This document shows, one piece after another, positions 1 through 9,901 of a stretch of 64,000 nucleotides of DNA. Positions within the stretch are counted from its first letter, which is position 1. Each line of letters starts with the position of its first letter. The notes under the pieces are model-generated. The model searched no databases. It was not told the DNA's origin and worked only from the letters and a program-made list of their open reading frames with translations. The position numbers and the translations under genes were made by a program. Origin of the DNA: Candidatus Hydrogenedentota bacterium (GTDB lineage Bacteria > Hydrogenedentota > Hydrogenedentia > Hydrogenedentales > JAEUWI01); assembly GCA_034669905.1 (NCBI GenBank), contig JAXMOL010000013.1, positions 1 to 64,000 on the forward strand, in the 5' to 3' direction.

Positions 1-84
1 AGGGTGAAGGGTGAAGGGTGAAGGGTGAAGGGTGAAGGGTGAAGGGTGAAGGGTGAAGGGTGAAGGGTGAAGGGTGAAGGGTGA
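1..84. repeat. Heptamer tandem repeat (AGGGTGA)12, possibly truncated by the window edge
   Basis: 12 perfect AGGGTGA copies followed by ATTGAG; the same unit and 3' flank recur at 17306-17353. Confidence 0.97.
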
Positions 85-160
85 ATTGAGCAATCAGCAA
101 GTATGGGCAGCGTCCCGTGGCCGGAGGAAGGCCTCTGAGAGGAGCCGTTTAGTCCACGAA

Positions 161-252
161 GTGGGCGACCTATCATCGCCCGGTGGCGAGCGTAGCGGGT
201 CCTGGGTATGGGGTGATGCACACCCATAGGAGTTCCGGCGGGGCGACATAGG
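161..252. repeat. Degenerate palindromic REP/MITE-like intergenic element
   Basis: GGGCGACCTAT (163) and GGGCGACATAG (241) repeated about 78 nt apart; hairpin GGGCGA-N7-TCGCCC at 163-181. Confidence 0.35.
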
Positions 253-539
253 TCACAGTGTGCATCCGCTCGAAGGTCGCTATGCCACCCCATCCAACCC
301 CATGCAGCGCTTCAGTCCCTGATGGGAGGGGGACAGCCCCGACGTCTGGACGGATGTCGTTAGCACAACGTACCTGCTCTTGCCATCACGTGCCCGTGTG
401 AAAGAGCGGGTAAATTGCGTCGAGGCAGTCCCCATGCAGCACTGGAAATTGCGCCCTTCCCTCGAAAAGTGGCGGGGGTCTGCGCTATGCTACGGCCTTC
501 GAGAGCGCCCGGGGATTATTCAGGAAGAGACGACGTATT

Positions 540-2465
540 ATGAGCGAGAGCACCCAATCTACCCTGCAGGAAGCCCTGCAACAACACTTCGGTTTTGACG
601 CCTTTCGCGATGGCCAGGAGGCGGCCATTTCCCGCCTGCTGGAGGGCAAATCGGTGTTGGCCATTTTCCCGACGGGCGCAGGAAAGAGTATGTGCTATCA
701 GCTGCCCGCCTTGATGATGGATGGTTTGACGGTGGTCATATCGCCCCTCATTGCGCTCATGAAAGATCAGCTCGATTTTCTGATAGCCAAGGGGGTTCCG
801 GCGGCACGTCTGGATTCGACACTGACGAAGGAAGAGAACTTCCAGCTCTTCGACGACCTCCGCGCGGGCACGCTCAAGTTGCTCTATATTTCCCCCGAAC
901 GCCTGGGCAATGAGCGCTTCCTCCATACGATTAAGCGACAACGGATTTCCATGCTCGCCATTGACGAGGCCCACTGTATCTCGGAGTGGGGGCATAATTT
1001 CCGCCCCGATTACCTCAAGATTGCCCAGTTGGCGAAGGATCTGAAGGTGGAGCGGGTGCTGGCCCTGACGGCCACAGCGACGCCGGCGGTGGCGGAGGAT
1101 GTGCGGGCCGCCTTCGATATTGCCGAAGACGATGAAGTCCACACCGGGTTCTACCGGCCCAACCTCAAGCTCAGCGTGGTGCCCAGTCCTGCTGCCGACC
1201 GGGATACCATGCTCCTTGAGCGGATGAAGAAACGTCCCCCGGGCCCCACCATCGTCTATGTAACCCTGCAAAAGACGGCGGCCGAGGTGGCGGAATTCTT
1301 AAGTCGTAACGGCCTCAACGCGACGGCCTACCACGCGGGCCTGAAGCCGGAAGATCGGACGGCGATTCAAGACCATTTTATGGCGTCGGACGATGCCATC
1401 ATTGTGGCCACCATCGCCTTTGGCATGGGGGTGGACAAGGCGAACATCCGCTATGTCTACCACTACAACCTGCCCAAGGGCCTGGAGAGCTATAGCCAGG
1501 AAATCGGCCGTGCCGGTCGGGATGGACGGACGTCGGTCTGCGAATTACTGGCCTGTCCCGACGATGTGACGGTGTTGGAAAACTTCAGCTATGGCGATAC
1601 GCCCGATCATGACGCGGTGGGGGGCTTCACCCGCCACCTCCTCGAACAGGGAGAGGTTTTCGACATCTCCGAATATGAATTGTCGGGCCTCTTTGATGTC
1701 CGGCCCCTGGTGGTGAAGACGTTGACCACCTACCTGGAGTTGGATGGCATCCTGGAAACGACAGGGCCTTTCTACAGCGAATACAAATTCGAGCCCCAGC
1801 GTCCCTCAGTGGAGATTTTTTCCCGGGTGAGTGGGGAGCGGGCGGAGTTCCTCAAGAAGATTTTCCGCCATGCGAAGAAGGGGAAGAAGTGGTTCACCCT
1901 CGACACGGAGGCTATCAGCGCTGCCATCGGTGAGCCCCGGGATCGCATTGTTGCCGCACTGAATTTCCTGGAGGAGCAAGGGGACCTCGTGCTCCAGGTG
2001 GCGGGCGTGCGTCAGGGCTATCGGCGTCTTCGAGAACCCGACGACATGGATGCCCTCATCGCCAGCCTGAATGACCGTTTCCAGAAACGGGAAGAAAATG
2101 ACATTGCACGCATCCGGCAGGTGTTGAAATATGCCGGGCACAAGGGATGTTTGACCCAATACGTGCTGGCCTACTTTGGGGAAGTGCGCGATGTGTGTGG
2201 CCATTGCGCGCGGTGCAAAGGGGTAGAGCACCCGCCCTTGCCCGAAGCGGCGCCACCGACCCTTAGCGAGGGGGACGTGGATCGTATCCGCGGACTGTTG
2301 GCCGAGGGACATGGCGCGTTGTCAACGCCTCGTCAACAGGCCCGGTTCTTGTGTGGTATCACGTCACCCGCCACGACGAAGTCGAAGTTGCGGCAGCACG
2401 GTCTGTTCGGTGCCTTTGAGGCCGTGCCCTTTCAGGTGGTGCTGGACGCTGTGCAGGCAATGTAG
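540..2465 (+). CDS. recQ: RecQ-family ATP-dependent DNA helicase (no HRDC domain evident)
   Basis: PTGAGKSMCYQLPAL, DEAHCISEWGHNFRPDY, TIAFGMGVDKANIR, QEIGRAGRDG; distal Cys cluster C..CGHCARC. Confidence 0.9.
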   Translation: MSESTQSTLQEALQQHFGFDAFRDGQEAAISRLLEGKSVLAIFPTGAGKSMCYQLPALMMDGLTVVISPLIALMKDQLDFLIAKGVPAARLDSTLTKEENFQLFDDLRAGTLKLLYISPERLGNERFLHTIKRQRISMLAIDEAHCISEWGHNFRPDYLKIAQLAKDLKVERVLALTATATPAVAEDVRAAFDIAEDDEVHTGFYRPNLKLSVVPSPAADRDTMLLERMKKRPPGPTIVYVTLQKTAAEVAEFLSRNGLNATAYHAGLKPEDRTAIQDHFMASDDAIIVATIAFGMGVDKANIRYVYHYNLPKGLESYSQEIGRAGRDGRTSVCELLACPDDVTVLENFSYGDTPDHDAVGGFTRHLLEQGEVFDISEYELSGLFDVRPLVVKTLTTYLELDGILETTGPFYSEYKFEPQRPSVEIFSRVSGERAEFLKKIFRHAKKGKKWFTLDTEAISAAIGEPRDRIVAALNFLEEQGDLVLQVAGVRQGYRRLREPDDMDALIASLNDRFQKREENDIARIRQVLKYAGHKGCLTQYVLAYFGEVRDVCGHCARCKGVEHPPLPEAAPPTLSEGDVDRIRGLLAEGHGALSTPRQQARFLCGITSPATTKSKLRQHGLFGAFEAVPFQVVLDAVQAM

Positions 2466-2491
2466 TTGGATGGGTGTCCAACAGGGGGCTG

Positions 2492-3556
2492 TCACTCCGA
2501 AAGAGACGTCTCCTGGTCCAAATCCAGTTCGGTCTTTACCTGATTGCGACCGCTGTGTTTGGCGAGGTAGAGGGCCCGATCCGCGCGGTGTACCACCGAC
2601 TCCACATCGTCGGAGGAAGTAATCTCGGCCACCCCACAACTGATTGTGATGGGGTCGAGCACTTCGCCCGTGCTGGAGATGCGCTTGCGGTGTTCCTCCA
2701 CGGCGATACGCATTTTGTTTGCCACGATGGCTGCATTGTCGCGACCGGTTTTCGGGAAGAGCACGATAAACTCTTCGCCCCCGTAGCGCGCGACGAAATC
2801 CAGACCCTTCACGCTTTCTTTGAGCGTGTTGCTGACGACACGAAGCACGGCATCACCTATCTGGTGGCCATAGCGGGTATTGAAATCACGGAACTTGTCG
2901 ACATCGATCATGACAGCGCTGAAGACGGTGCCATCCTTTCGGAAATCCTCAAAGAGCTCCTGGAGTTTCTCGTCCACGGCCTTGCGGTTCCAAAGGCCTG
3001 TCAGCGGGTCGACGGAAGAGCTGCGCATGGCTTCTTCCAGCTCTTCGTTCAGCTTTACGGCTTCGGCGCGCACGTCTTCGAGTTGGTTCTGGTAGTAGAT
3101 GCTCGACTCGGCCATCCGATTGGATTCCCGCACGAGTTCTTTCACCAGTCCGGCGATACCTTTGGTGTCGGTCAGATTGGTCATCGCCTCGGTAAAGTCG
3201 TGGAGACTGTCCTGGTATTCGCTGGTGCTGCTTTGGGATGTGAGGATGCCATTCAAGGCGTCTCGTAAGACCGCATGGGTCCTTTTCTGCACAAGCCGGC
3301 GGGCACGCTCATCGTCGTCATCATCAAAGAATTCGGTATAGAGCTTCTTGTTGATTTCCTTGGTGAAGGCTTCGCCGGCCTGGCGGATGCGCTCTACCTG
3401 GCTGACCAGTTGGCTGTTTTCGCCACGGACATACTCGAACCAGACATGGTAGTTTTCGGGGGTTAGCTGGACCCCGGCGGTTCGCATTCTGGATAACACG
3501 TCTTCGGGATCGGGCTCATTACTGGGCGCGTGCTCTACATTAATTCCCATATTCAT
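2492..3556 (-). CDS. Diguanylate cyclase (GGDEF domain) with N-terminal helical/coiled-coil region
   Basis: DPLTGLWNR, DVDKFRDFNTRYGHQIGD, ARYGGEEF, ADRALYLAKHSGRN. Start placed at ATG 3556 (or 3550) because the longer ORF overlaps the next gene. Confidence 0.92.
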   Translation of the reverse strand: MNMGINVEHAPSNEPDPEDVLSRMRTAGVQLTPENYHVWFEYVRGENSQLVSQVERIRQAGEAFTKEINKKLYTEFFDDDDDERARRLVQKRTHAVLRDALNGILTSQSSTSEYQDSLHDFTEAMTNLTDTKGIAGLVKELVRESNRMAESSIYYQNQLEDVRAEAVKLNEELEEAMRSSSVDPLTGLWNRKAVDEKLQELFEDFRKDGTVFSAVMIDVDKFRDFNTRYGHQIGDAVLRVVSNTLKESVKGLDFVARYGGEEFIVLFPKTGRDNAAIVANKMRIAVEEHRKRISSTGEVLDPITISCGVAEITSSDDVESVVHRADRALYLAKHSGRNQVKTELDLDQETSLSE

Positions 3557-3600
3557 CCTATCGAACTGCTTAAGGTTTTCGCCGTGGCAAGGTGTACGGC

Positions 3601-4869
3601 TCAGTTTTTCGGGGCGGTGTACTGACTCACATCCAGCAGATGGATCTGCCGTTTGCCGTCGAGGTACATGGCGTCGATGGCGACTGTTTTGCCATCGCGG
3701 CTCCATCCCGGGTGGAGGTCGCAGCGCCATTCGTTGTCGCCGGGCTTGGGGCGATAGATCTTCGCGATCTCGATAAAGCGTTTGTCTTCGAGGTTGTAAA
3801 GATAAACGTGGTGAAGATTGTTCTTGTCGGGGTAGGTGTCCGTGAGCATCCACTTGCGGTCGGGGGAGTAGGTGCAATGGCCGTCCCGGGTGAAAACCTC
3901 TTCGCCCACGATTTCCACCTTGTCGCTCTTGTCCGTGTAGAGGTAATAGGCGTCGCCTGTGTCGGGCTCCCGGGCCCAGGCAAGAATGTGGCTGGGGTCG
4001 CGCCATACGAAGTGGCTCACCATGCCGTGATCGGCCACGACATTCAGATCACTGCCGTCGGCTCCCGCGGTAAACATGCGGGTAGTCCAGCCCCCTTTCT
4101 TGTCCAGTTTTTTGTGGACGCGGTGAAGGAAGATGAAGCGGCTGCCATCGGTGTTGTAGAGGAGGTGATTAAACCAATGCTTGCCGATAGGCTCGAGTTC
4201 CTGGGGAATGGCCGCAATATCGGCATAGGAAAAGAGCAATTCCGATTCACCCGTTTCCAGGTCGAGGGACCAGATACCGTCGCCGTCGGGGGCGAGTTGA
4301 TCGGCCACGGGGTCGACGCCGCCCTTATAGCCATAGCCGGGACGCGTATCCTGGATGCGGGCGAAGTTCACGCTGAGGGCGTGTCGGCCGTCGGGGCTCA
4401 GGGTGTAGATGGGGCGCGGCAGGGTCTTCTTTTCGCGGGTGAAGACATCCATGACCACCGAGACGTGTTCGTTGCCTTCCCGGGTGTTGTAGATGATTTT
4501 TGAGTCAGAGCCGGGGATCCATTGGAGCATGCAGCCCTGCTGCCAGCCCCAGGCGTTGCTTTCCGCCAGAGGAATCCACGTGTCGTTCTCCTGTGTATCC
4601 ACCATGCCGAGAACAATGACGTCGTCTTTCGTGGGGGAACGGTCTTCAAAGTCCACCTCCGCCGCCAGGACGTAGCGGTCCGTGGGATCAAATTGTTCTT
4701 TGTCGTAATAGCCAAACCAGTGGGCCTTGCCGCTGGTGATGGCGCGAATCGGCACGATACACTGGATTTTTTCTCCGGTTTCCGGGATCTGCGCGGTGGC
4801 AGAAGGGCCGAAGGCAGCGGTGACAGCAAGCAGGACAGCGAACGCCCCAACACAACGACGGTATTTCAT
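3601..4869 (-). CDS. Secreted TolB/oligogalacturonate-lyase-like beta-propeller protein
   Basis: Signal peptide ending ATA|Q; repeated SPDG/NTDG/SRDG blade turns; HWFGYYD, WQQGCMLQW and RCDLHP motifs. Confidence 0.7.
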   Translation of the reverse strand: MKYRRCVGAFAVLLAVTAAFGPSATAQIPETGEKIQCIVPIRAITSGKAHWFGYYDKEQFDPTDRYVLAAEVDFEDRSPTKDDVIVLGMVDTQENDTWIPLAESNAWGWQQGCMLQWIPGSDSKIIYNTREGNEHVSVVMDVFTREKKTLPRPIYTLSPDGRHALSVNFARIQDTRPGYGYKGGVDPVADQLAPDGDGIWSLDLETGESELLFSYADIAAIPQELEPIGKHWFNHLLYNTDGSRFIFLHRVHKKLDKKGGWTTRMFTAGADGSDLNVVADHGMVSHFVWRDPSHILAWAREPDTGDAYYLYTDKSDKVEIVGEEVFTRDGHCTYSPDRKWMLTDTYPDKNNLHHVYLYNLEDKRFIEIAKIYRPKPGDNEWRCDLHPGWSRDGKTVAIDAMYLDGKRQIHLLDVSQYTAPKN

Positions 4870-5139
4870 AGAACAAGCCCTCTTTCATTTGCGAAAAACG
4901 TAGTGAAAAACACCATAGCACGCCGCTTGCGGAAACTTCCACGCGGTGAGTCTTTCTCCGCAGGCGCAACGGCTTTCCGTCCCACAGTTGCAGCGGAAAG
5001 GGCGCATCTTTACACTATGTTAAGCATTGGCTCACAATCGGGCCGTCGCGATAGGGGCTCGCGGTCCGGTATAGTGGCGTTGCGGCGTGTGACACGCCCG
5101 ATAGACCCTTCCCCTCTCTTGCTACGTCCAAAGGATTTG

Positions 5140-6924
5140 ATGATGCGTTCCCCACTTGCTCTCCTGTTTTCTGCCTTGCTTTGCGCACCCGCCCTGGCCC
5201 AGGTCGGCAGTCATCCCACCGTGTTTGACGTGACCGCTCGGGTTATTCAGCGTCTCCAGGAGAATCTCCCCGCAGAGACCCTCCATTCCGTTTCCGTAGA
5301 GCAGGTACGACCCTTTATTACCGAAGAAGACTGGAAGGTCCTGGGCGAAAAACACCTTTCCTTTCGCGTCAACGTGCCAGTTTCCGTGTATGTCTTTCAC
5401 GACCCGGGTGCCGAGCCCGTGGTGCACTGGTTGCCCGCCCGGGGTTTCGAAGATCGGGGCGTGACCGTGGAGGTGGAAGGTACGTCCATACCCAGCAAGG
5501 TAAGAGAGTTTGACGCAGGCGTGATCGGGCTGGGGGTGCCGTCTATTGATGGCAGCGCCGATCACTATTTCCTCGCCATCGTCCCCCAACGGGCAGATGA
5601 TACCTTGCAGGTGTCGGAGATAAGTCCCGGCTTGCATACAGGGGGTACTTTCGCCGTGGGGGCGCGTATCGCCGAGAGCTGGAATGACAGCACGTTGTCG
5701 GCTGTACCTCCATCCCTGGAGGGACAATTCCTGCTGCGGGGGAATCCCAATCGACGTCGTTCGGCGCGATTGACCCGGGTCTTTCAATCCACGGACTATC
5801 CGGCTACGGCAGTTCCGGATCACGTGGTCTTAACCTGGGCCGATGACCCGAAGACGACCCAATCCCTCCAGTGGCGCACGAGCACGGCGACACCCAAAGG
5901 TGTGGTGCGCTATCGTGCCGCAGGAGAGGCATCCTGGCAGCGGACGGTCGCGGAATCCAAGCTGCTGGAAAATCACAACACGGTCAACGATCCCCGGTCC
6001 TATTGGCACACCGCGCGGCTCGAGTCGTTGCGTCCGGGCACCGTCTATGACTATCAGGTGGGCGACGGTGGCGAGCGCGGCTGGATTGCCCCGGCGACCT
6101 TTGAAACGGCCCCGGCGGGTGAGGAGCCCTTCCGCTTTATTTATCTGGGTGATGCCCAGGCGGGCTTTGATGCCTGGGGCGATTTGCTTCAAAAATGCTA
6201 TGGGGAAAATCCCGACGCCAGGTTCTATATTATGGCGGGTGACCTCGTAAATCGGGGCAACGAACGTGCCGATTGGGACCGCCTCTTCGAAAATGCCGAA
6301 GGGGTCTTCAACCATCGTCCCCTGGTGCCGAGCATCGGCAACCACGAAGTGCAGGGTGACAAGGGACCCTGGATGTATCTCGAGCTGCTCGACCTTCCTC
6401 GTAACGGCCCCGCAGGCGTGACGCCCGAGCGCTCTTACAGCTTCACCTATGGCAACGTGTTGGTGATTTCCCTCGACGCGAACGTCCATCCGGCGGAGCA
6501 GACCGAATGGCTGGAGGCCCAGCTGTCCCAGACGAAAGCCACGTGGAAGTTTGTGACTTATCACCAGCCGGCCTACTCGTCGGGGGCTTCCCGTGATAAT
6601 CCCGAGGTACGGGAACTCTGGGGTGCGCTCTTCGACAAGTATCACGTGGACCTGGCCCTGCAGGGACATGACCACGCCTACCTCCGTACGTGGCCCATGT
6701 TTGATCAGAAACGGGTCGCCACGCCCGCCGAAGGGACCATCTATATCGTGTCCACCAGCGGCACGAAGTATTATGACCAAGGTGACTTCGACTACACCGA
6801 AGTGGGCTTCACCAACACGAACACCTACCAGGTCATCGATTTGACGATCGATGGGGACAAGCTGGTCTACAAGGCCCACGGCGCCGATGGCAAGGTGCTC
6901 GATGAATTCGTCATTGAAAAGTAG
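5140..6924 (+). CDS. Secreted FN3/purple-acid-phosphatase-like metallophosphoesterase, paralog 1
   Basis: Signal peptide ALA|Q; GDAQ, GDLVN, GNHE, YHQP, GHDH calcineurin-like motifs; FN3-like LRPGTVYDYQVG. Confidence 0.88.
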   Translation: MMRSPLALLFSALLCAPALAQVGSHPTVFDVTARVIQRLQENLPAETLHSVSVEQVRPFITEEDWKVLGEKHLSFRVNVPVSVYVFHDPGAEPVVHWLPARGFEDRGVTVEVEGTSIPSKVREFDAGVIGLGVPSIDGSADHYFLAIVPQRADDTLQVSEISPGLHTGGTFAVGARIAESWNDSTLSAVPPSLEGQFLLRGNPNRRRSARLTRVFQSTDYPATAVPDHVVLTWADDPKTTQSLQWRTSTATPKGVVRYRAAGEASWQRTVAESKLLENHNTVNDPRSYWHTARLESLRPGTVYDYQVGDGGERGWIAPATFETAPAGEEPFRFIYLGDAQAGFDAWGDLLQKCYGENPDARFYIMAGDLVNRGNERADWDRLFENAEGVFNHRPLVPSIGNHEVQGDKGPWMYLELLDLPRNGPAGVTPERSYSFTYGNVLVISLDANVHPAEQTEWLEAQLSQTKATWKFVTYHQPAYSSGASRDNPEVRELWGALFDKYHVDLALQGHDHAYLRTWPMFDQKRVATPAEGTIYIVSTSGTKYYDQGDFDYTEVGFTNTNTYQVIDLTIDGDKLVYKAHGADGKVLDEFVIEK

Positions 6925-7097
6925 TGGGCTCGGCTGAGGGGTACTTCGCGCTAGAGCGGGTTTCCTCGGCGCGCATATACGACCGCCTGCTCTGTGGCAG
7001 GGCAAGGGCTTCACGCCGCGGCAGCGCTGCAGGGCGGTCTCCAAACAAACTGTCGGATACACGAATACGGCAGAAAACATCCCAAGGGAGTATGTAT

Positions 7098-8897
7098 ATG
7101 AAGCGAATAGGGTTCATTGTGGGTGTTTGGCTGATCGCAGTCATTGCTCACGCGCACGTGGGTAACCATCCGTCGGTGCACGATACGATTGCTGCGGTAA
7201 TTGAACGGTTCCAACAGGAGTTGCCCGAAGAAAAGCTGAGGGATATTACCCTGGAAGAGGTCGAACAGGCTTTGAACGCGGAAGAGCGGGACGTCTTGGG
7301 GAGTGAGCATCTGACCTTCCGGGTGAATGTGCCCGTCACGGTATACGTATGCCGGGAGATCGTAATGAAGGAGCAGGTCTTCTGGCTGGAAGGCCGGAAT
7401 TTTGAGAAGACCGATCTCTTGCTGACGACGAGTGACAATCCCTATGAGACCTGGCGCAAGGACTTCCCAGCCGGGGAGATTGGCTTGGGCGTCAATTCGC
7501 TGAGCGGGAAGGGCGATCATTATTTTGCCATTCTCGTTCCGCGGAATGAGGGCGACACCGTGGAAGTAAGCGAGGTCTACCCGGGGCTACACACGGTCGG
7601 TGCGGCCGACCCCGGTGCCCGCGTCTATATCAACTGGGATGACACGGTGCTGAAGGAGGTCCCTGCACCGCTCGCGGGTCAGGTGCTCGTAAGGGGCAAT
7701 GAAGATGTGCGTCGCGTCGCACGCCTTACGAGTATCTACAATACGACGGCGTACCCGGCAAGCACAACGCCAGACCAGGTGTTGCTTACCTGGAACGGGG
7801 ATCCCAAGACCACCCAGGCCATCCAATGGCGAACCAGTACGGCGGTGAAGACCGGTGCGGTCCGCTATCGTATTCGAAAGACCCCGGGTACGGAACGGGC
7901 CGATCGTTGGGTTAACGTTGCGGCCCGGATGAAACCCCTCAAGAACCACAACACCATTAATGACCCGGTGGTGCATCGATTTTCTGTCTCGCTGATTGGT
8001 CTCGAACCTTCGACGACCTACGAATATGAGGTGGGGGATGGTAGCCACGTGGGCTGGTCAGCGCCCTATGCGTTTACCACCGCTCCCGATAAGACGACCC
8101 CGTTTAAGTTTGTGTATATGGGGGATGCGCAAAACGGCCTGGATACCTGGGGGAAGCTGGTGCACAACGCGCACGCGGCCGAACCGGACGCCGCATTCTA
8201 TATTATGGCCGGAGATCTGGTGGGGCGCGGAAATGAGCGCGACGATTGGGACCACTTTTTCTACAATGCCGCAGGCGTCTATGAAAACAAGACCCTCGTG
8301 CCCTGTATCGGAAACCATGAGAATCAGGGCGAGCAGGGGCCCTGGATGTATCTGGAACTCTTTGACCTGCCAAAGAACGGCCCCGCCGCCTTGACGCCAG
8401 AGCGTGCCTATAGTTTTGAATACAGCAATGCCCTCTTTGTCGTATTGGATTCGAATGTGCAGCTTGAGGATCAGGTGGATTGGCTGGATGCCCAGTTGTC
8501 CCAATCGGATGCCACGTGGAAATTCGCCATCTACCACCATCCGGCCTATGATTCCCGAAACAAAAAAAGCGAGAAAGGCATCCGGGAACTCTGGGGTTCC
8601 CTCTTCGATAAGTATCACGTGGATCTCGCGTTGCAGGGCCATGACCACGCCTACTTGCGCACCTGGCCTATGAAAGGCGATGAACGGGTGGGGTCGGCCG
8701 CCGAGGGGACGATCTATATCGTGTCGGTCTCGGGCACCAAGTTCTATGATCAGGGGGACTTTGATTACACCGAGTTTGGGATGACCAACGTGGCCACCTA
8801 CCAGGTGCTCGATCTCCGTATCGACGGCAATACGCTCACCTACAAGGCCTATGACCTGGAAGGCAAGGTGCGGGATGAGTTCGTTATCGAGAAGTAA
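7098..8897 (+). CDS. Secreted FN3/PAP-like metallophosphoesterase, paralog 2
   Basis: AGGGAG RBS; signal peptide AHA|H; GDAQ, GDLVG, GNHE, HHP, GHDH. Confidence 0.88.
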   Translation: MKRIGFIVGVWLIAVIAHAHVGNHPSVHDTIAAVIERFQQELPEEKLRDITLEEVEQALNAEERDVLGSEHLTFRVNVPVTVYVCREIVMKEQVFWLEGRNFEKTDLLLTTSDNPYETWRKDFPAGEIGLGVNSLSGKGDHYFAILVPRNEGDTVEVSEVYPGLHTVGAADPGARVYINWDDTVLKEVPAPLAGQVLVRGNEDVRRVARLTSIYNTTAYPASTTPDQVLLTWNGDPKTTQAIQWRTSTAVKTGAVRYRIRKTPGTERADRWVNVAARMKPLKNHNTINDPVVHRFSVSLIGLEPSTTYEYEVGDGSHVGWSAPYAFTTAPDKTTPFKFVYMGDAQNGLDTWGKLVHNAHAAEPDAAFYIMAGDLVGRGNERDDWDHFFYNAAGVYENKTLVPCIGNHENQGEQGPWMYLELFDLPKNGPAALTPERAYSFEYSNALFVVLDSNVQLEDQVDWLDAQLSQSDATWKFAIYHHPAYDSRNKKSEKGIRELWGSLFDKYHVDLALQGHDHAYLRTWPMKGDERVGSAAEGTIYIVSVSGTKFYDQGDFDYTEFGMTNVATYQVLDLRIDGNTLTYKAYDLEGKVRDEFVIEK

Positions 8898-8926
8898 CGC
8901 CCGCCTACGAAAATAATCAAGGTATG

Positions 8927-8959
8927 CCCCTCGGAGTCCTCGTGCTCCGAGGGGTTTTT
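8927..8959 (+). terminator. Rho-independent terminator
   Basis: CCCCTCGGAG-N8-CTCCGAGGGG followed by TTTTT, 30 nt after the stop codon. Confidence 0.85.
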
Positions 8960-9034
8960 CGTGCCGCTTTTCTGGCTTGTGCACGGCCTTTCGTTGCCTG
9001 TGCCGACACCCGCATGATAGACTCCGCCCGTTAC

Positions 9035-9311
9035 TTCATTGGTTCTGTTTGGGCCCTGTTGGTCCTTACAGATGAAAAAGGGAACCCGCACACCGGGCGA
9101 AAGCCGCTGGTGTGGCCCCCTGCACAGGAATACGCTGTGCGGCGGGTGTGAGAATCCGGGACTGCCCCGCAGCGGTAAACAGGAACGACCGCCGTCCATT
9201 GCGCACTACGCGGAATGAAAGCACTGACCCCCTTAGGGTTGGGAAGCGACGGCCAGTAGGGAACCACGAGAAAACGTGGAAGGCCTGTGAGTCCGAAGAC
9301 CTGCCGGTGAA
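9035..9311 (+). ncRNA. Cobalamin (B12) riboswitch
   Basis: Ordered conserved elements: AAAAGGGAA, GGTG..AATCC, ACTGCCCCGCAGCGGTAA, GCACTG..GGGAAG and B12-box AGTCCGAAGACCTGCC; P1 pairing TTCATTGGT/GCCGGTGAA. Confidence 0.9.
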
Positions 9312-9901
9312 TCGAGGTGCCGTGTTGGTACCGGCTACGATAAGGCCTTCGCGGGAGGGCAGTTGTGGCGCTGCGCAGTTTACCGTCCCAGGCGGCTTTG
9401 TCTTCGTCCCCTTTTTCAAGGGGTGACGGAGCGGTGCAGCTCCCTTCTCGACCACCTTCCCTGCAACGCCCCCAATTTCGTGCCGCGCCTGCCCGACACT
9501 TCGGACCACATTGGATTCCGGACGGAACTATCTTCGGGCCGCAGGCGCGTGCACATACCGTGCTGCCTCCGTGACCCCAAGTGACCGGCCGGATACCCAC
9601 ATCGCTACGGCGATGCGGAATCGGATCCTCGAGGGTAGGGTCGGTCCGGACAGCAGCCTGAGTCAGTCGTCGTGATTTGCATCATGGCGAAGGCCTCCTG
9701 TGTATCCGCCCGCCATCCTGTCTCTTCTGCCTTTCCGATATCGCTATCGCCTTCCGGCGAAGTTGGAAAGGATAAGACGGTCTACCGGAGCCCTGCCAAG
9801 GCGTTGTAAGCGGGTCGCCTGTGTGCGGCAACCTGTTTCGTTCCCACACCCCTTCTGGCCCCACCACGGGTGGGCCATTCTTACCTGAAAAAGGAATCTC
9901 C

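Noticed and set aside
1..84. Telomere or eukaryotic contamination
   Set aside because: The same heptamer array occurs internally at 17306 among clearly bacterial genes.
540..2465. RecQ helicase as part of an anti-phage defence system
   Set aside because: No partner genes (DprA-like, PRTase, nuclease) are adjacent; it appears stand-alone.
3557..4006. N-terminal extension of the GGDEF ORF (504 aa in the ORF track)
   Set aside because: It overlaps the 3' end of the beta-propeller gene in another frame and reads as Arg/Pro-rich shadow sequence.
4522..5139. N-terminal extension of phosphoesterase paralog 1 (800 aa in the ORF track), and an apparent fusion or readthrough at 6924
   Set aside because: The extension overlaps the divergent gene; signal peptides and paralog alignment place the starts at about 5140, 7098 and 11135.
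8849..9900. Short ORFs overlapping the riboswitch region
   Set aside because: No coding signal; the region is better explained by the terminator, riboswitch and leader.
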